Source: Atractiella rhizophila
Taxonomy: Eukaryota
Length of the DNA: 64,000 nucleotides
Direction of reading: 5' to 3'
Assembly (NCBI GenBank): GCA_021432655.1
Contig: MU271225.1
Coordinates: 1 to 64,000 of the forward strand
Position 1 is the first letter of the stretch. Every line of letters begins with the position of its first letter. Below are positions 38,485-50,899 of this stretch, piece by piece. The notes beneath the pieces were generated by a model. The model worked only from the letters and a program-made list of their open reading frames with translations, had not been told where the DNA came from and did not search any database. The position numbers and the translations under genes were made by a program.

Positions 38485-41045
38485 ATTATGGTAATTTATG
38501 TAGATATCAGTCGGGTACCCAAAATGGACATTTTGTCTTCGTGCTGCTGAAGGATCATGGCAGAAATAAAGCAGAATGATGGAGTTGAATGCATCGGGTT
38601 GAGAAGTAACAACAACATGACATTCACCTGCAACAGGATGCTGACGAATCCAGAGATCTACGGAGGCATTGAGGCTTATTGACAGGAACACCAAAAAATT
38701 ATCGAACAAGATGTCTATGAAGTGAAGAAATGGAGCGAAGAAAAGAAACCGAATACAGTCTGACTGATTTGAATGGAGGATTAGGACTTTGTGTAAGAGA
38801 TCGTGACAAAAGTCGTCGAAACGTATGCGATTAGCACTGCTTTAAGTTATAAATTTACGTATGGGAGAGCCAAACAAATGGATAGCCGCGCCGAGAATTG
38901 AAGACGAGTGGTGAATGTTCAAGGCAACCAGGTACCGTCTTTTGCTTTGCGGGGTCGTTTCTACAAATGTGCATCGTCAGCTTCAGAGAGGTAAAGCAGA
39001 AAAGGAAGGACGAACTGATGCCTTTTTGCCTTGACTTGAAGTGGAATTGAAAGTCATCGCGCGCTTCGGGTGCTTGTGCTTCTTATTGGCAGCGTCACTA
39101 AACAAACGATATGATGACAATGAGCTGCAGATCAGGGTGACATTGACAGGAAGAAAGACGAACAAATCGCACATAGCCTTCAAGAATCCTCTCAATCCAA
39201 TACAGTCCGCCTTCGGGCAATCATGCCCAAAGTGCGTCCTGATCCTTACGGGTTTTGAAAAGGCGTCCTTCTTGGCTTTTGACGGGTCAGGTACGGTCGT
39301 AGAATCAGGATGGCATATGCAATCTTCGTGAAAGGCTGTGAACTGATGGGTGGTATCGTATCCACAGTTTCTAAGAACGATGGCTATGCCCTTGGTATAA
39401 CAATCCAGTTCTTCCTGCGATTCGGTCCAAGGAACGATCCACCTCTCATCCAGGAAGACAAAGGGCATTTCCACCTTCTTCACCCAGTGAAACGCGGTAG
39501 TGCATCCCTCTTCCTTCCTATCCTTCCTCTCCTCGTACCCTTCCCGACTGACGCGTTCCCTCTTCCCCGTTACTTCGTTGAAGGAAAAATACAAGTCTTC
39601 GTTTCCCCAGGCTAGGCGTATCTATTCAACAGTCAACACTCGGATAAAGTGGAGCTGACGTGTGCTCTGGTGGGTTAGGGGACCTGCGAAGCAGAAAGGG
39701 ATGGAAGGCGAGGGAAACGGGAGGGATGGGACTTGCTCATGGATTTTTGGACGATACTGTACTGATCGGATTTGGAGTGGGTGATTATGGCAGTGCATTC
39801 ATCGAGTTCGTCCGCTCCTCCCAGCATCTCTTTGCTTACTTTTGGTGCAGTGTGGAAGCTAAGCAGCTGCTAGAGGAGCATACTCTCTGTAAAGAACTGT
39901 AGATTATGGTAATTTATGTAGATATCAGTCGGGTACCCAAAATGGACATTTCGTCTTCGTGCTGCTGAAGGATCATGGCAGAAAATAAAGCAGAATGATG
40001 GAGTTGAATGCATCGGGTTGAGAAGTAACAACAACATGACATTCACCTGCAACAGGATGCTGACGAATCCTGAAGATCTACGGAGGCATTGGAGGCTTAT
40101 TGACAGGGACAAAAATTATCGAACAAGATGTCTATGAAGTGAAGAAATGGAGCGAAGAACCGAATACAGTCTGACTGAGTTGAATGATAGAATTAGGACT
40201 TTGTGTAAGAGATCATGTCAAGTCGTCGCAACTTATATGATTAGTACTGCTTTAAGTGATAAGTTTACGTATGGGAGAGCCAAACAAATGGATATATCCG
40301 TGCCGAGAATGATGAAGACGAGAGCGACGTGGTGAATGTTCAAGGCAACCAGGTACCGTCTTTTGCTTTACGTGGTCGTTTCTACAAATGTGCATCGTCA
40401 GCTTCAGAGAGGTAAAGAAGAAAAGAAAGGACTAACTGATGCCTTTTTGCCTTGACTTGAAGTGGAATTGAAAGTCATCGATCGTTTCGGGTGCTTGTGC
40501 TTCTTGTTGGCAGCGTCACTAAATAAACGATATGATGACGATGAGCTGCGGATCAGGGTGACATTTGACAGGAAGAAAGACGAACAAATCGCACATAGCC
40601 TTCAAGAATCCTCTCAATCCAATACTGTCCGCCTTCGGGCAATCATGCCCAAAGTGCGTCCTGATCCTTACAGGTTTTGAAAAGGCGTCCTTCTTGGCTT
40701 TTGACGGGTCAGGTACGGTCGTAGAATCAGGATGGCATATGCAATCTTCGTGAAAGGCTGTGAACTGATGGGTGGTATCGTATCCACAGTTTCTAAGAAC
40801 GATGGCTATGCCCTTGGTATAACAATCCAGTTCTTCCTGCGATTCGGTCCAAGGAACGATCCACCTCTCATCCAGGAAGACAAAGGGCATTTCCACCTTC
40901 TTCACCCAGTGAAACGAGGTAGTGCATCCCTCTTCCTTCCTATCCTTCCCCTCCTCGTACCCTTCCCGACTGACGCGTTCCCTCTTCCCCGTTACTTCGT
41001 TGAAGGCAAAATACAAGTCTTCGTTTCCCCAGGCTAGGCGTATCT
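38207..41045. repeat. Direct tandem duplication: 38207-39623 and 39625-41045 (~1.42 kb), covering the 3' ends of two convergent genes
   Basis: Identical ORFs at offset 1418 (38242 and 39660). Differences are concentrated in the intergenic part. Confidence 0.95.
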
Positions 41046-41874
41046 TTCCCTGTCTAGAACGGAAAGCAGGTAAATAAGATCCAGTGCGGGGCACAACTCT
41101 GGGTTCGTTGGTATCAGATCGAAGGGTGGACAGCCTGAATTTGCCTATGTGCAAAGGTTGGGAGACAGGACTAGCGCTTGTGCTCGCAAGGCTGAAGCTC
41201 CCAGGGTGCAGTTTGAATGGAGACATGAAAGGCGTAGATGGACTCTCCGTAGCTCGCGAAGCATCGCCATCGAAGATACTGGCAACTGTAGCTGAAATGG
41301 GGGAGGGATGCATGTCCTGTTGTTCAGGTGACAGCGTGTAGACCGGAAGGGTTGGATGAGCGGGAGGAATGTTGAATTGTGTCTGGATCTTAGGGAGGGT
41401 GAGTCGACGCGTTTGCGCTTTGGAGGGTAACGTGCTTCGTTTCTGATGGATGAAACGATTGCAGAGGCCTTCGAATTCGGGGAAGGACATGTTGAGGTTG
41501 CCCATCAGATTCTCGAGCGCGAGCATTCGCTGTTCCTCAATGGATTCGGACACGTCGTGACTCGAGGCGACTGGAATTGGCATGCTTTGAGACCCAAAGA
41601 TTAGAGGGTAAGCAGCTGGATGCTCACCCGCCTGCGTCTGACCATTGCTCCTCATTCGAACTTCAAGTTGGTCGCAGATAGCTTGCCGATCTTCTGGCTC
41701 GGTTTGGGAAAAGAACTGGTCGTAGTCGAACGCTGCTGAATCGGGATCGGGAGAGTACTGCTGAAATTGCTGCCAACCTAAGCTGGACGGCGAGCCAATG
41801 TGTACAGCATGATTCTGATCAAGGAAGTGGTGGTAGCCCCTGTCGTTGTAGGTGTGGGTGTGGTATTCAGCCAT
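40400..41874 (-). CDS. Hypothetical protein: low-complexity N-terminus, Cys/His-containing C-terminal domain; 3' end approximate
   Basis: 451-aa ORF followed by a GT-AG intron (~40548-40596) and a further exon. No family recognised. Confidence 0.55.
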
Positions 41875-43404
41875 GATGCTGAGTTGGGGGTTTCACATGG
41901 ATCGTGGGAAAGGGGAAGGATACAGGAAGAAGCACCAATGAGGATGCCCTTTTGTATTCCACCACAGGCAGGAAGTGGTCGTCGTTCCCCAGGTTCAACA
42001 GGTTCAGTCCGTTTTTCCGGAGACACAAACGTCGGAGCGATGCTCTGTCGTAAAAGCACATCTTTCCGAACCACAACCAACCTCAATTCAAGGTCAAATA
42101 AAGCTCAACTCAGAACTGGCAGGTGAACGTGGAATCCACCCGGCCTACTTTGATTGACCCGTCATAGTCGTGAACAGAGCGTCATCTCGCTCAGGTGAAG
42201 AGGTCCGTGACCACTTGTTATCTTGTGCGATGAACATCCGGCAGATCTCAGAATCGCGGTGGTTCGGTAAAGTGGGCTGACTATCAGCTCCAAGTTGGAG
42301 CAAGTTGGAGCAGGTGAATCATCACCGCGTCTTACCTCATACTCAACATCAAGTGGCCTGCACTCATGGCCTGTGATAACACCTTTCTTTCTTTCTTCCA
42401 TGCAAGCATACTGGTCGGCAATCACTGCTTCGCCACACGGTAAACTTTGCTTTGTTGGCCCACTGTCCACTGTTGCCATTGGTCTGCTGCGCAGGTATTT
42501 GGAACGGTGGTTGAGGAAAACTGAAATGTTAACTTGTCGCTACACCAACACAAAGTTGAGCTTTACCTTCGCATGAAAAGCCTTATCTCCTGTTTTGTTT
42601 TAGCAGGAGCGGACCTGCGAACAGGCTGAACGCACCAGCAACGCGAAGACGTATGGCGTCTTGCTCGAGAGTTCATTGTGAGAAAACCAACTCTGCTGGC
42701 AGCCCCCACAAACTTGTAGGCGAGCCATGAGCTGACCTTCAACTTCTCAATGTCTCGAGACTCGTTCGTTTGTTGCTCTGAAGGTTAATGCCAAGCAGTC
42801 CATAAAGAAGTATCCCTAACTCGGCGTCAGAAAGAAGAACATTGAAGGCTGACTTCCAATCAGCTCGACCGCCCCACTGGGTTGCTTCGAGTCAAGGTCC
42901 ACGTCGTGGCATCATCGTAAGATATGGCGCCGACGATGGCCAGAAAGAAAAATCGTGGAAACCGTAAACCCACAAAGGACACTGTCTCGGATGACTATAT
43001 GAGCCTTGCAATATTGCCTCGTCCGAGCAGAATCGATCTACGAACGAAGAAGTCCGGAAGGTATCACTCATTTGGGGTGGACCGCGTAAAGGCAGCGTTT
43101 TGCAGCAACATCGAAGAATAGAATCATGTTATTGGAACAATGGACCGCCGTGTCGTGAATGCATTGAGGCAACGAGTTCTGAACGCATAAATTGCTGAGA
43201 CCGGACGAGTGAAACGTAAGACTGTGAGAACGAGAATTCAGAACTCATGGCGCGTAAAGGCGAGTTTACATAATAACTGTGTTGATTGGAATCAGTAAGC
43301 AGAGGTGTAAGCAACAATCACGGCAACCTGAAAACCTATGGATTCGATTGCGTTGAGGTCTTTCCTCTGGGTCAAACTAGCCCGCCTTCCTCCAATTTTC
43401 TCGT

Positions 43405-43549
43405 ACATTCACTGCGAGCCGTTCAAAAAATGCATTTCTGTTTAAACTGTCACATTTCCCCAGGTACCATGGACTGTATTTTGATGCCACCATGCATCCT
43501 AGCGCACACATGAGTTTAAATTCCTTTGCGAATGTAGTCACTCTGTATC
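43405..43549. repeat. 145-bp direct repeat, copy 1 (left flank of NLR copy A)
   Basis: Matches 48538-48682 with 2 mismatches. Confidence 0.95.
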
Positions 43550-46500
43550 GTTTAACAGTTGTATTTCCAAGTACATTTCGAACCATATGAACAGCGGAGC
43601 TAACCGGAGTGAGACCCCTTGGGCAGACAATTGTCAGGACAATTGCACAAGCTCCGTGATCTGGAATGCAAGCCTGTCTGTATCAAGCGACGAACTCTCT
43701 CCGCGTCCCTCTTTCACACACTGTTGACACCGTGAGGGAAGGCAAGATATTTCAGTTGTTACCGGAGAATTTCAAGTTAGGTAGGGTTTTGCAGTTGGTT
43801 GTTATTCCATAGGAAACTATCAGAGGGTCCCATCGGGTCAGATGTGAGTGTTACTTCAAGTTTATCAAGCCTGGGAGTTGAGTCGCCTTGAACTGGGTTG
43901 AACTCTCTCGTAGCGAAGTGAGCGAAATGACTTGCTCTTTGTTTCTCCCTCAACGCTACAATATTTTGATGTCTCACACCTGCTTCACATCTCAGACTGA
44001 AGTACATATCCCCTAGTAATCACATCCAAAACACAATTCTTTGTCGCAAACTTTCACTTCCTTTGGCAGCAGAGATCTTCACGCTTAGATGGTCTATTGC
44101 TTTGACATGTGCCATCGTTGCTTTTGTCAAACATTCGTTTTCTGTGGTCGACGGATTCCTCAAGTTGCCCTGAGCTCCACGATTTCTTCCACGCATTTGT
44201 ACGTACCGATAGAAATGTATCATATTCCTACATTGTTCTCCTTTTGCCTCGCTGAATGCTCACATTTCGCTTCCTTTCTCCTTTGCAGCTTTCGTCCAGA
44301 TATCTGACCTGCGTTTATTTAGCGTGATCTAACGTTCAATAAATCAGTTATATTCCAATACCGTTGGCCACTAACATCTTTTGTCCTAAGCAATGGATAC
44401 CAAGGCGTGTGCGCCATGTTCATCAAATCCTAGCCACCATGACGACCCCGACAATTTGTCCGAAGCCGACGGCGCATTCAGCGCAAATCCGCAACGACTT
44501 CGTCCTTCCATTGAATCCGTCGTAGTTCAAAACCTTTCAGTATTGCAGCTCTATTGTCAACCCAGTCCTTTTCTGAGTGCCAACCCGACAATTTTTGCGC
44601 CTCAATTTCGCTTCCTATCGCGCAACATAACGCCAATTATCTCCAGAGATGTCACCGCAACTCCTTTCTCATCCCACGTCTCCTCCAGCGTTCAACCTGT
44701 CAAGATTTTCAAAGTTTCCGAAAATATCAAGAAAGCGAATCCGCTGGGATTACGGATTCTTTGTATCGACAATGGAGGCATCCGCACCTTCTCCTCTCCA
44801 TATATGCTTGAACCCATCATGCTTCAAGCCGCGCAGCTTCTCAACGCACAAGACGATGAAGAGCTTAGACCTTGCGATGTTTTTGATCTCATTTGTGGGG
44901 CTTCTACTGGCGGCTGGATCGCACTTATGCTGGGGAGGCTGGGAATGACTGTTCGTCAATGTATTGCGGCATATGAAGAGATCAGGCGAAGCGTATTTCT
45001 AGACGAGGTTTCACATCCTAACGGCGAGTACGTGTACTCGGCGGAGAGTCTCGAGAAGACTTTCATCTCCATCATCCAGCAGCACACACGCTCTTCTGAA
45101 GATTATGCCAAATCACTTCCAATGAAAGATAGTTCTCTTCAGGACAGATGCAGAACATTTGTCCTCTCTACCTACGGGTCTAACGTTGTCGTTTCTACGG
45201 AGATGCGCACCTACGATATTCGCCGTGCCGGTTCCTCTCCGTTTATACCTGCTTCCCCTCATGCGGTCTGGCAAGCTGCAAGGGCAACTGCCGCTGCTCC
45301 TCCGTTCTTCTCACCCATCGAGATGGGTTCAACCCGCTACGTTGCTCTGGGTAGGGACAACCCTACAGCAATAGCTATCGAAGAGGCGAGGCGGATTTGG
45401 GGACCCACTAGTGAGATTGCCTGTCTTGTATCTCTCGGTCCGGGGATTGCACAGGCTGTCAACTTGGGCCACACTCAAGATGATCTCGAGCGAGCGTTGA
45501 AGGCGATTGTCGCGGATTGCTCAAAAGTGGCGAACGACGTGAAGAGGAAGATGCACGATCTTGATCTGGACCATTGTTATCATCGGTTCTCGGTTGATAC
45601 GGTTGGAGACTTCGAGTGGGAGGCGTGGGAGCGAAAAAATGATGTGGTAGGCTGCACGAAGGCTTACATGGAAGCAATGAATCACGAAGTGCTCAAGGCA
45701 ACTAAGGCTCTCGTGCAAGGTATTCTCCCTGATTGATTGTGGTTGCATGCTAACCTTCTCCTGTTTAGCTTGTAAACAACGCATAGCAGTGATCAGAAAG
45801 ATTCCGCTAGATAAGCCTGGAGCCTGCTACGGAAGAAAAGAGGAAGTCCAAAATGCGATAGACGTCATCGTCACTAACAAGAAACACCTCGCGATCTTCG
45901 GTGGCGCAGGAAATGGGAAGTCGACTGTGGTTCTCCAAGTTTTACATGCGAAGGAAGTCAAAGATGCGTTCACGACTATTGTGGACGACAAAGAGGAAGA
46001 CTTTCGTTTCTTCGCACGGTGTGACACTGCTGATACTTTTTCTGCACTCTGCACACAACTTCGCCAACAGGTGTTTGGAATAGCTTGTCTACCTGAAGAA
46101 ACGGAGCTCGATGCTGTTGCACGATATTTCCGCGATCACAAATGTCTCCTTATCTTGGACAATTTTGAGACTCCCGCGGAATTGGACAAAAAGAACCTGC
46201 AGAAATTCTTTCAAAATCTTCTTTTTGCCACCTCGCAGTCCATTCTCGTCGTGGTGCATCGAGGCCATCAAATCTATCGAGTGGATGTCACAAAGGTGAA
46301 ATTTCAAAAGCTAGTGATTGGAGGACTTAGCAACGCCGCCGGAAAAGAACTATTCGAGTACACTTATGAGGGAAAAGAGGATTGTGCAGACCAGCTACTG
46401 GAAACCATTTTTGCCAAGCTGGATCACCATGCCTTGTCAATCAAACTCTTTGTTCTTCGTGCGAACGGAGAATCAATGAAAAAGATTTCAAGTCTGTTGG

Positions 46501-48538
46501 GCGAATGGGAGGCCAAGAAAACGGATATGCTCTGGAAAGAGGATAGTGAAGAGACCGCAACTCTCGCAACTTCAATATTTTTTTCACTTAATTCACCTCG
46601 TCTGAAAGCTCATGAGGACCTAAGTATGTTTATTCTCGCTATCCTATCTTGGACCCCCAACGGGCTTCACCGCAATGACATTGTGGCTGTAACGGAGAAG
46701 TATCTCCCAGGTTTCAAGGAAGCTGACAAAGTCATCACTTCAATTTTGTCAGTTGGACTCGCTGAAGAGATGAATGATGCCTTGACGGACTCGGCACGAT
46801 TGCGGATGCTTGCACCAATTCGCGAACACTTTAAGCACATGGTCCTGTGTTCCGATCCTCTCTTTAATTCGATAACTGTCGCTATGTCACTCCAGCCTCT
46901 TGCGAACCACCTCATGCAGAAAGCTGAGAGAAATATCGAACAGTTCGAGGCTGACAAGAATCATGACGCATTGCTTCTCTTCCGTGAACAATACCCAAAC
47001 CTTGAACATGTCCTGCTAGCAAGCATGTTGCACCTGCCAGACCCATTATCAATCATTCATCGTTTGGAGAACATGTCAGAGTTCCTACGCGTGAAACACT
47101 ACCTCTCAACCTCGCTCTTCGAGCAGGCAAAGCATGTCGTGAACACCGCGCTGGGAGTGACGCCTTTTGTGAAACAGAGTCACTCAAACTTGTTGCGACT
47201 GAAGTGCTCGTTGTCTAAGTTCCTTGGCTACTGTTTATGCAATGAGGGGGACCATGAGAATGCACTGAAGGCGTTCGACGAGGCAAAGCAGATCTATGAG
47301 GAAGTAGGAGATCGACAGGGTCAAGCTGCCTGCATCATGAGCATCGGGGAGATCGATTTCCGATGCGGCCGAAACAAGGCCGCATTGAAGGCGTTCAAGA
47401 CGGCGAAGGGGATCTATGAGGAAGTAGGACATCGATACGGTCAAGCTATGTGCATCTGCAATGTCGGGGAGATCAAGGTTCGATGCGGCTGTAACGAAGA
47501 CGCGCTGAGGGCGTTCGCAGAGGCAGAGGAAATCTGTGTTGAAGTGGGGCATCGACTCGGTCAAGCCAACTGCATCTTGAGTGCCGGTGAGATCCAGTCT
47601 CAATACGGCCGGAACGAGGATGCACGGAAGGCGTTTGAGGATGCGAGAGTGATGTATGCGGAAATTGGAAATCGACTCGGTGAAGCCAACTGCATCTTCA
47701 AGGTCGCAGAGATCGATTTTCGATGCGGCCGAAATGAGGACGCGTTGAAGGCGTTCAATGAGGCAAAACAGATCTATGGGCAAGTGGGAGTTCGACGGGG
47801 GCAGGCCCACTGCGTCCGCAACGTAGGCGAGATCGATTTTCGATGTGGCCGGAATGAAGACGCGCTGAAAGCGTTCAACAAGGCAAAGCAGATCTATGAG
47901 GAAGTAGGACATCAACAGGGTCAAGCTACCTGCATCATGAGCGTTGGGGAGATCGATTTCCGATGCGGTCGAAACGAGGACGCATTGAAGGCGTTCAAGA
48001 CGGCGAAGGGGATCTATGAAGAAGTAGAACATCGACTCGGTGAAGCCAGCTGCATCCGAAATGTCGGGAAGATCGATTTTCGATGCGGCCGGAACGAGGA
48101 TGCACGGAAGGCGTTTGAGGAGGCTAAGATGATGTATGAGAAAGCTGGAAATCGACTGAATCAAGCCAACTGCATCTTCAATGTCGCAGAGATCGATTTT
48201 CAATGCGGCCGAAACGAGGACGCGTTGAACGAGTTCAATAAGGCACAACAGATCTATGAGGAAGTAGGAGAACGTCAAGGTCAAGCCAACTGCATATTCA
48301 CCGTCGGGGAGATCGAGTCTCGATGTCTCCGGAACGAAAACGCGCTGACGGCATTCAACGAGGCAAAGCAGATCTATGTGGAAGTGGGTCATCGACTGGG
48401 TCAAGCCAACTGCATCTTGAGCATTGGGGAGATCCAGTCTCGATGCGGCCGGAATGAAATTGCGCTGAATGCGTTCGGGGAGGCAAAGGATATCTATGGC
48501 AAAATAGGGCATCGATTGGGTGAAGCCAACTGCATTCA
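43548..48538. repeat. ~5-kb segmental duplicate of 53797-58789
   Basis: Colinear match at offset 10249, then 10251 after a 2-nt indel. Includes ~850 bp of upstream region and the intron. Confidence 0.97.
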
Positions 48539-48578
48539 CATTCACTGCGAGCCGTTCAAAAAATGCATTTCTGTTTAA
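44393..48578 (+). CDS. Fungal NLR copy A: patatin-like phospholipase + STAND NTPase + TPR repeats, TPR region truncated
   Basis: Patatin LRILCIDNGGIR, PCDVFDLICGASTGG, WQAARAT.AAP.FF. A 49-nt phase-1 intron at 45720-45768 (GTATTC..GCTAAC..TTTAG) fuses the two ORFs in frame. Walker A GGAGNGKS, Walker B LLILDNFET, and 40-aa TPRs. Confidence 0.9.
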
Positions 48579-48682
48579 ACTGTCACATTTCCCCAGGTAC
48601 CATGGACTGTATTTTGATGCCACCATGCATCCTGGCGCACACATGAGTTTAAATTCCTCTGCGAATGTAGTCACTCTGTATC
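48538..48682. repeat. 145-bp direct repeat, copy 2 (right flank of NLR copy A; supplies its new C-terminus)
   Basis: Matches 43405-43549. Confidence 0.95.
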
Positions 48683-50899
48683 ACTCTCTGAATATTCAGC
48701 TACCTCATTCTTCTCAGGACACCCAGAAGTGGTAGATAATGGCCTCTATCCTGACAAACCATTATTCTTACGCAAAAACCTCCTTGTCAAAACTAAGAAT
48801 CGCTCTCAGCCAGCTGACTCACCGTCACGAGCATTTCGGAAGAAGGTTATTGAGGCTGGTACCTACCACATCTTTCTTGTGGATCGGAATCTTCGCCTGG
48901 AAGAAATCTTATACTCTTCAAGCTAGCCTAAACTGCTAGACGAGTTTGGATTGGTTAAGTGTGAAAAGCAGTGTGTTTTCTGTACAAGCTACTGGGAGTA
49001 GTACATGTATTGATATTCCATGAGTTTAGATTTACAGGAGTTGACCTAGATCACTATAAAGCAAAGCGAAGGGGGCTCCTCCAAACTCTCAAACCAGATG
49101 ATATCAAGCACCCCGAAGTGATTGTTATGGATGTCATGAATGGAACGGTTGTTATAAATGGCAAGCTTTCCTGTGGACTCTGACGTTGAAATGAGGTGTT
49201 TCCAAAAGCTGTAAGTCTTCTCTTGCCCAGTCTTCTCAACATGAGAATACATTTGTATTGAGCTGTTATAGAAACCTGAAAACACTCATTTACAGCGTTC
49301 TGCCATCTGTTCATCTTGCTTGCCAGAAAAGTGCATGGGGATCCAATTGGATAGTGAGGAGGATACCACTGCTATGCTCACCATCTCCTCCAACGCCCTC
49401 ATCTAAATCGAGAACTTTTGGAGCCAGATAACAAGCCACCTTCACTACCTTTTTTTTGGAATGTCACAAAATCGAACCAGTCTCCATCTTCCACAAGTAT
49501 CGATGTGGAAGCACAACTACTGCCAGTTTCTCTGCCTATGAATGCCTCCCAATCTCAAACGTCACAGACCTTTACTTCAGCAACAGGCACTTCATTTGCA
49601 GATTATCAGGAGAAGAGTACGATTCAAATATACTCTGATGCCTTCTGGAAACTTGCCGACTCCAGTTCAAAGCTACTTCTTCAATGACGGAGAAGCAGCT
49701 GAAGTTGTTTGCTGAGAACTATAATAACCCCCAGCTTATCTTGAACCCTGTGTATTACAACGCAGAGAAGCATGTTCCGAACGACAAAATCATTCACAAT
49801 GGTTTAGTGCTCAAAATCGGTTTATTTGCAATTGAGAAGGAGGTTGCTAGTCGTATTCAGAGAGTAGCCAGAGGAGACTGTGAGTTTGAACACTTTTATT
49901 GACAAGAAAAGGAAGTTACTAACATTGTTGAGCAGCGATCAAACCATTCTGGAAACTACAAACAACACTCCCTCCACCAGTGAAAGTAACATACACAGAG
50001 CCAACAAAGAAGGGCAGCCTTGGAGCTGTAAAGATTTGTGGCCGATGCAAGAAGCAAAAGGATGGGTATGGTGAGAAGAATACAAACAACCACAAGTGCA
50101 ACATGATGGGGCCATGGGAGCATAAACGCACCCTCCTTTCTCTTGCTGGTGCGAAGTCATCTTTTCTTGGTTCCTTTTTCTTATTACTCAGCTTTTATGC
50201 CATAAAATAACTTCCCCTGCAAGCGTGAGACCCAGAGTTTTGATTGGTCTCGCACCTTGCAGGTATGTATTTCATTCTCATATAGAACATACAATAAGAG
50301 AGTTTTGATTGGTCTTGCACCTTGCAGCACCTTGCAGTCCCGCTCGCCCCACCGCTCGTAATCTTTATCACAACATCTGTGACAACAACGTTATGCATTG
50401 GTCCAAGGTTCCGTACCCACTGCCCAATACCAACTTATGCAATGTCCCACTATGCAAGAATATGTTGGGGAAGTGGAGCATATATGACAATGCGGTAAAG
50501 AAGTTTTTCACAGATATCAAAGATGGGAAAGTGCCAGATGTTGATCAATTGGTGGAGATGGTCAACATGCGAGTTTTTATGGCAATGACATGGGTAGAGG
50601 AAAAGATGGACAGGGTTTGACAAAAGAAACGTTGCATATTGCGGCAGGGAAGAGAAAGTAGTAGTTCACTTAGTGAGTAGTCAGATGCGAATGGATATCT
50701 TTGGTGATTTGCAGTCTGGGACATATAATGCACCAGCCTCAAGTTTTGAAATTTTTTATAAAGATCATGTCAACTATTCTTAATCAAAGGCAAATCTTGA
50801 GCCCATATTTGATCAATTACAGCAGCAGTTGCAAGAGGACTGAATGCACTGTTGCAGAGTCGGACAATGTAAATATAATGTGAGTTGCTGCTCTGCTTT

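Noticed and set aside
43405..43549. 145-bp repeats as LTRs of a retroelement carrying the NLR
   Set aside because: No TG..CA ends, PBS, PPT or TSD, and the enclosed copy retains its intron.
47245..48538. Regular repeats that might suggest a CRISPR array
   Set aside because: These are contiguous in-frame 120-nt coding units without unique spacers, in a eukaryotic context with no cas genes.
47235..48674. 479-aa antisense ORF over the TPR array (and a 425-aa one at 57486-58763)
   Set aside because: A stop-free antisense frame is propagated by the 120-nt repeat itself; there is no independent coding signal.
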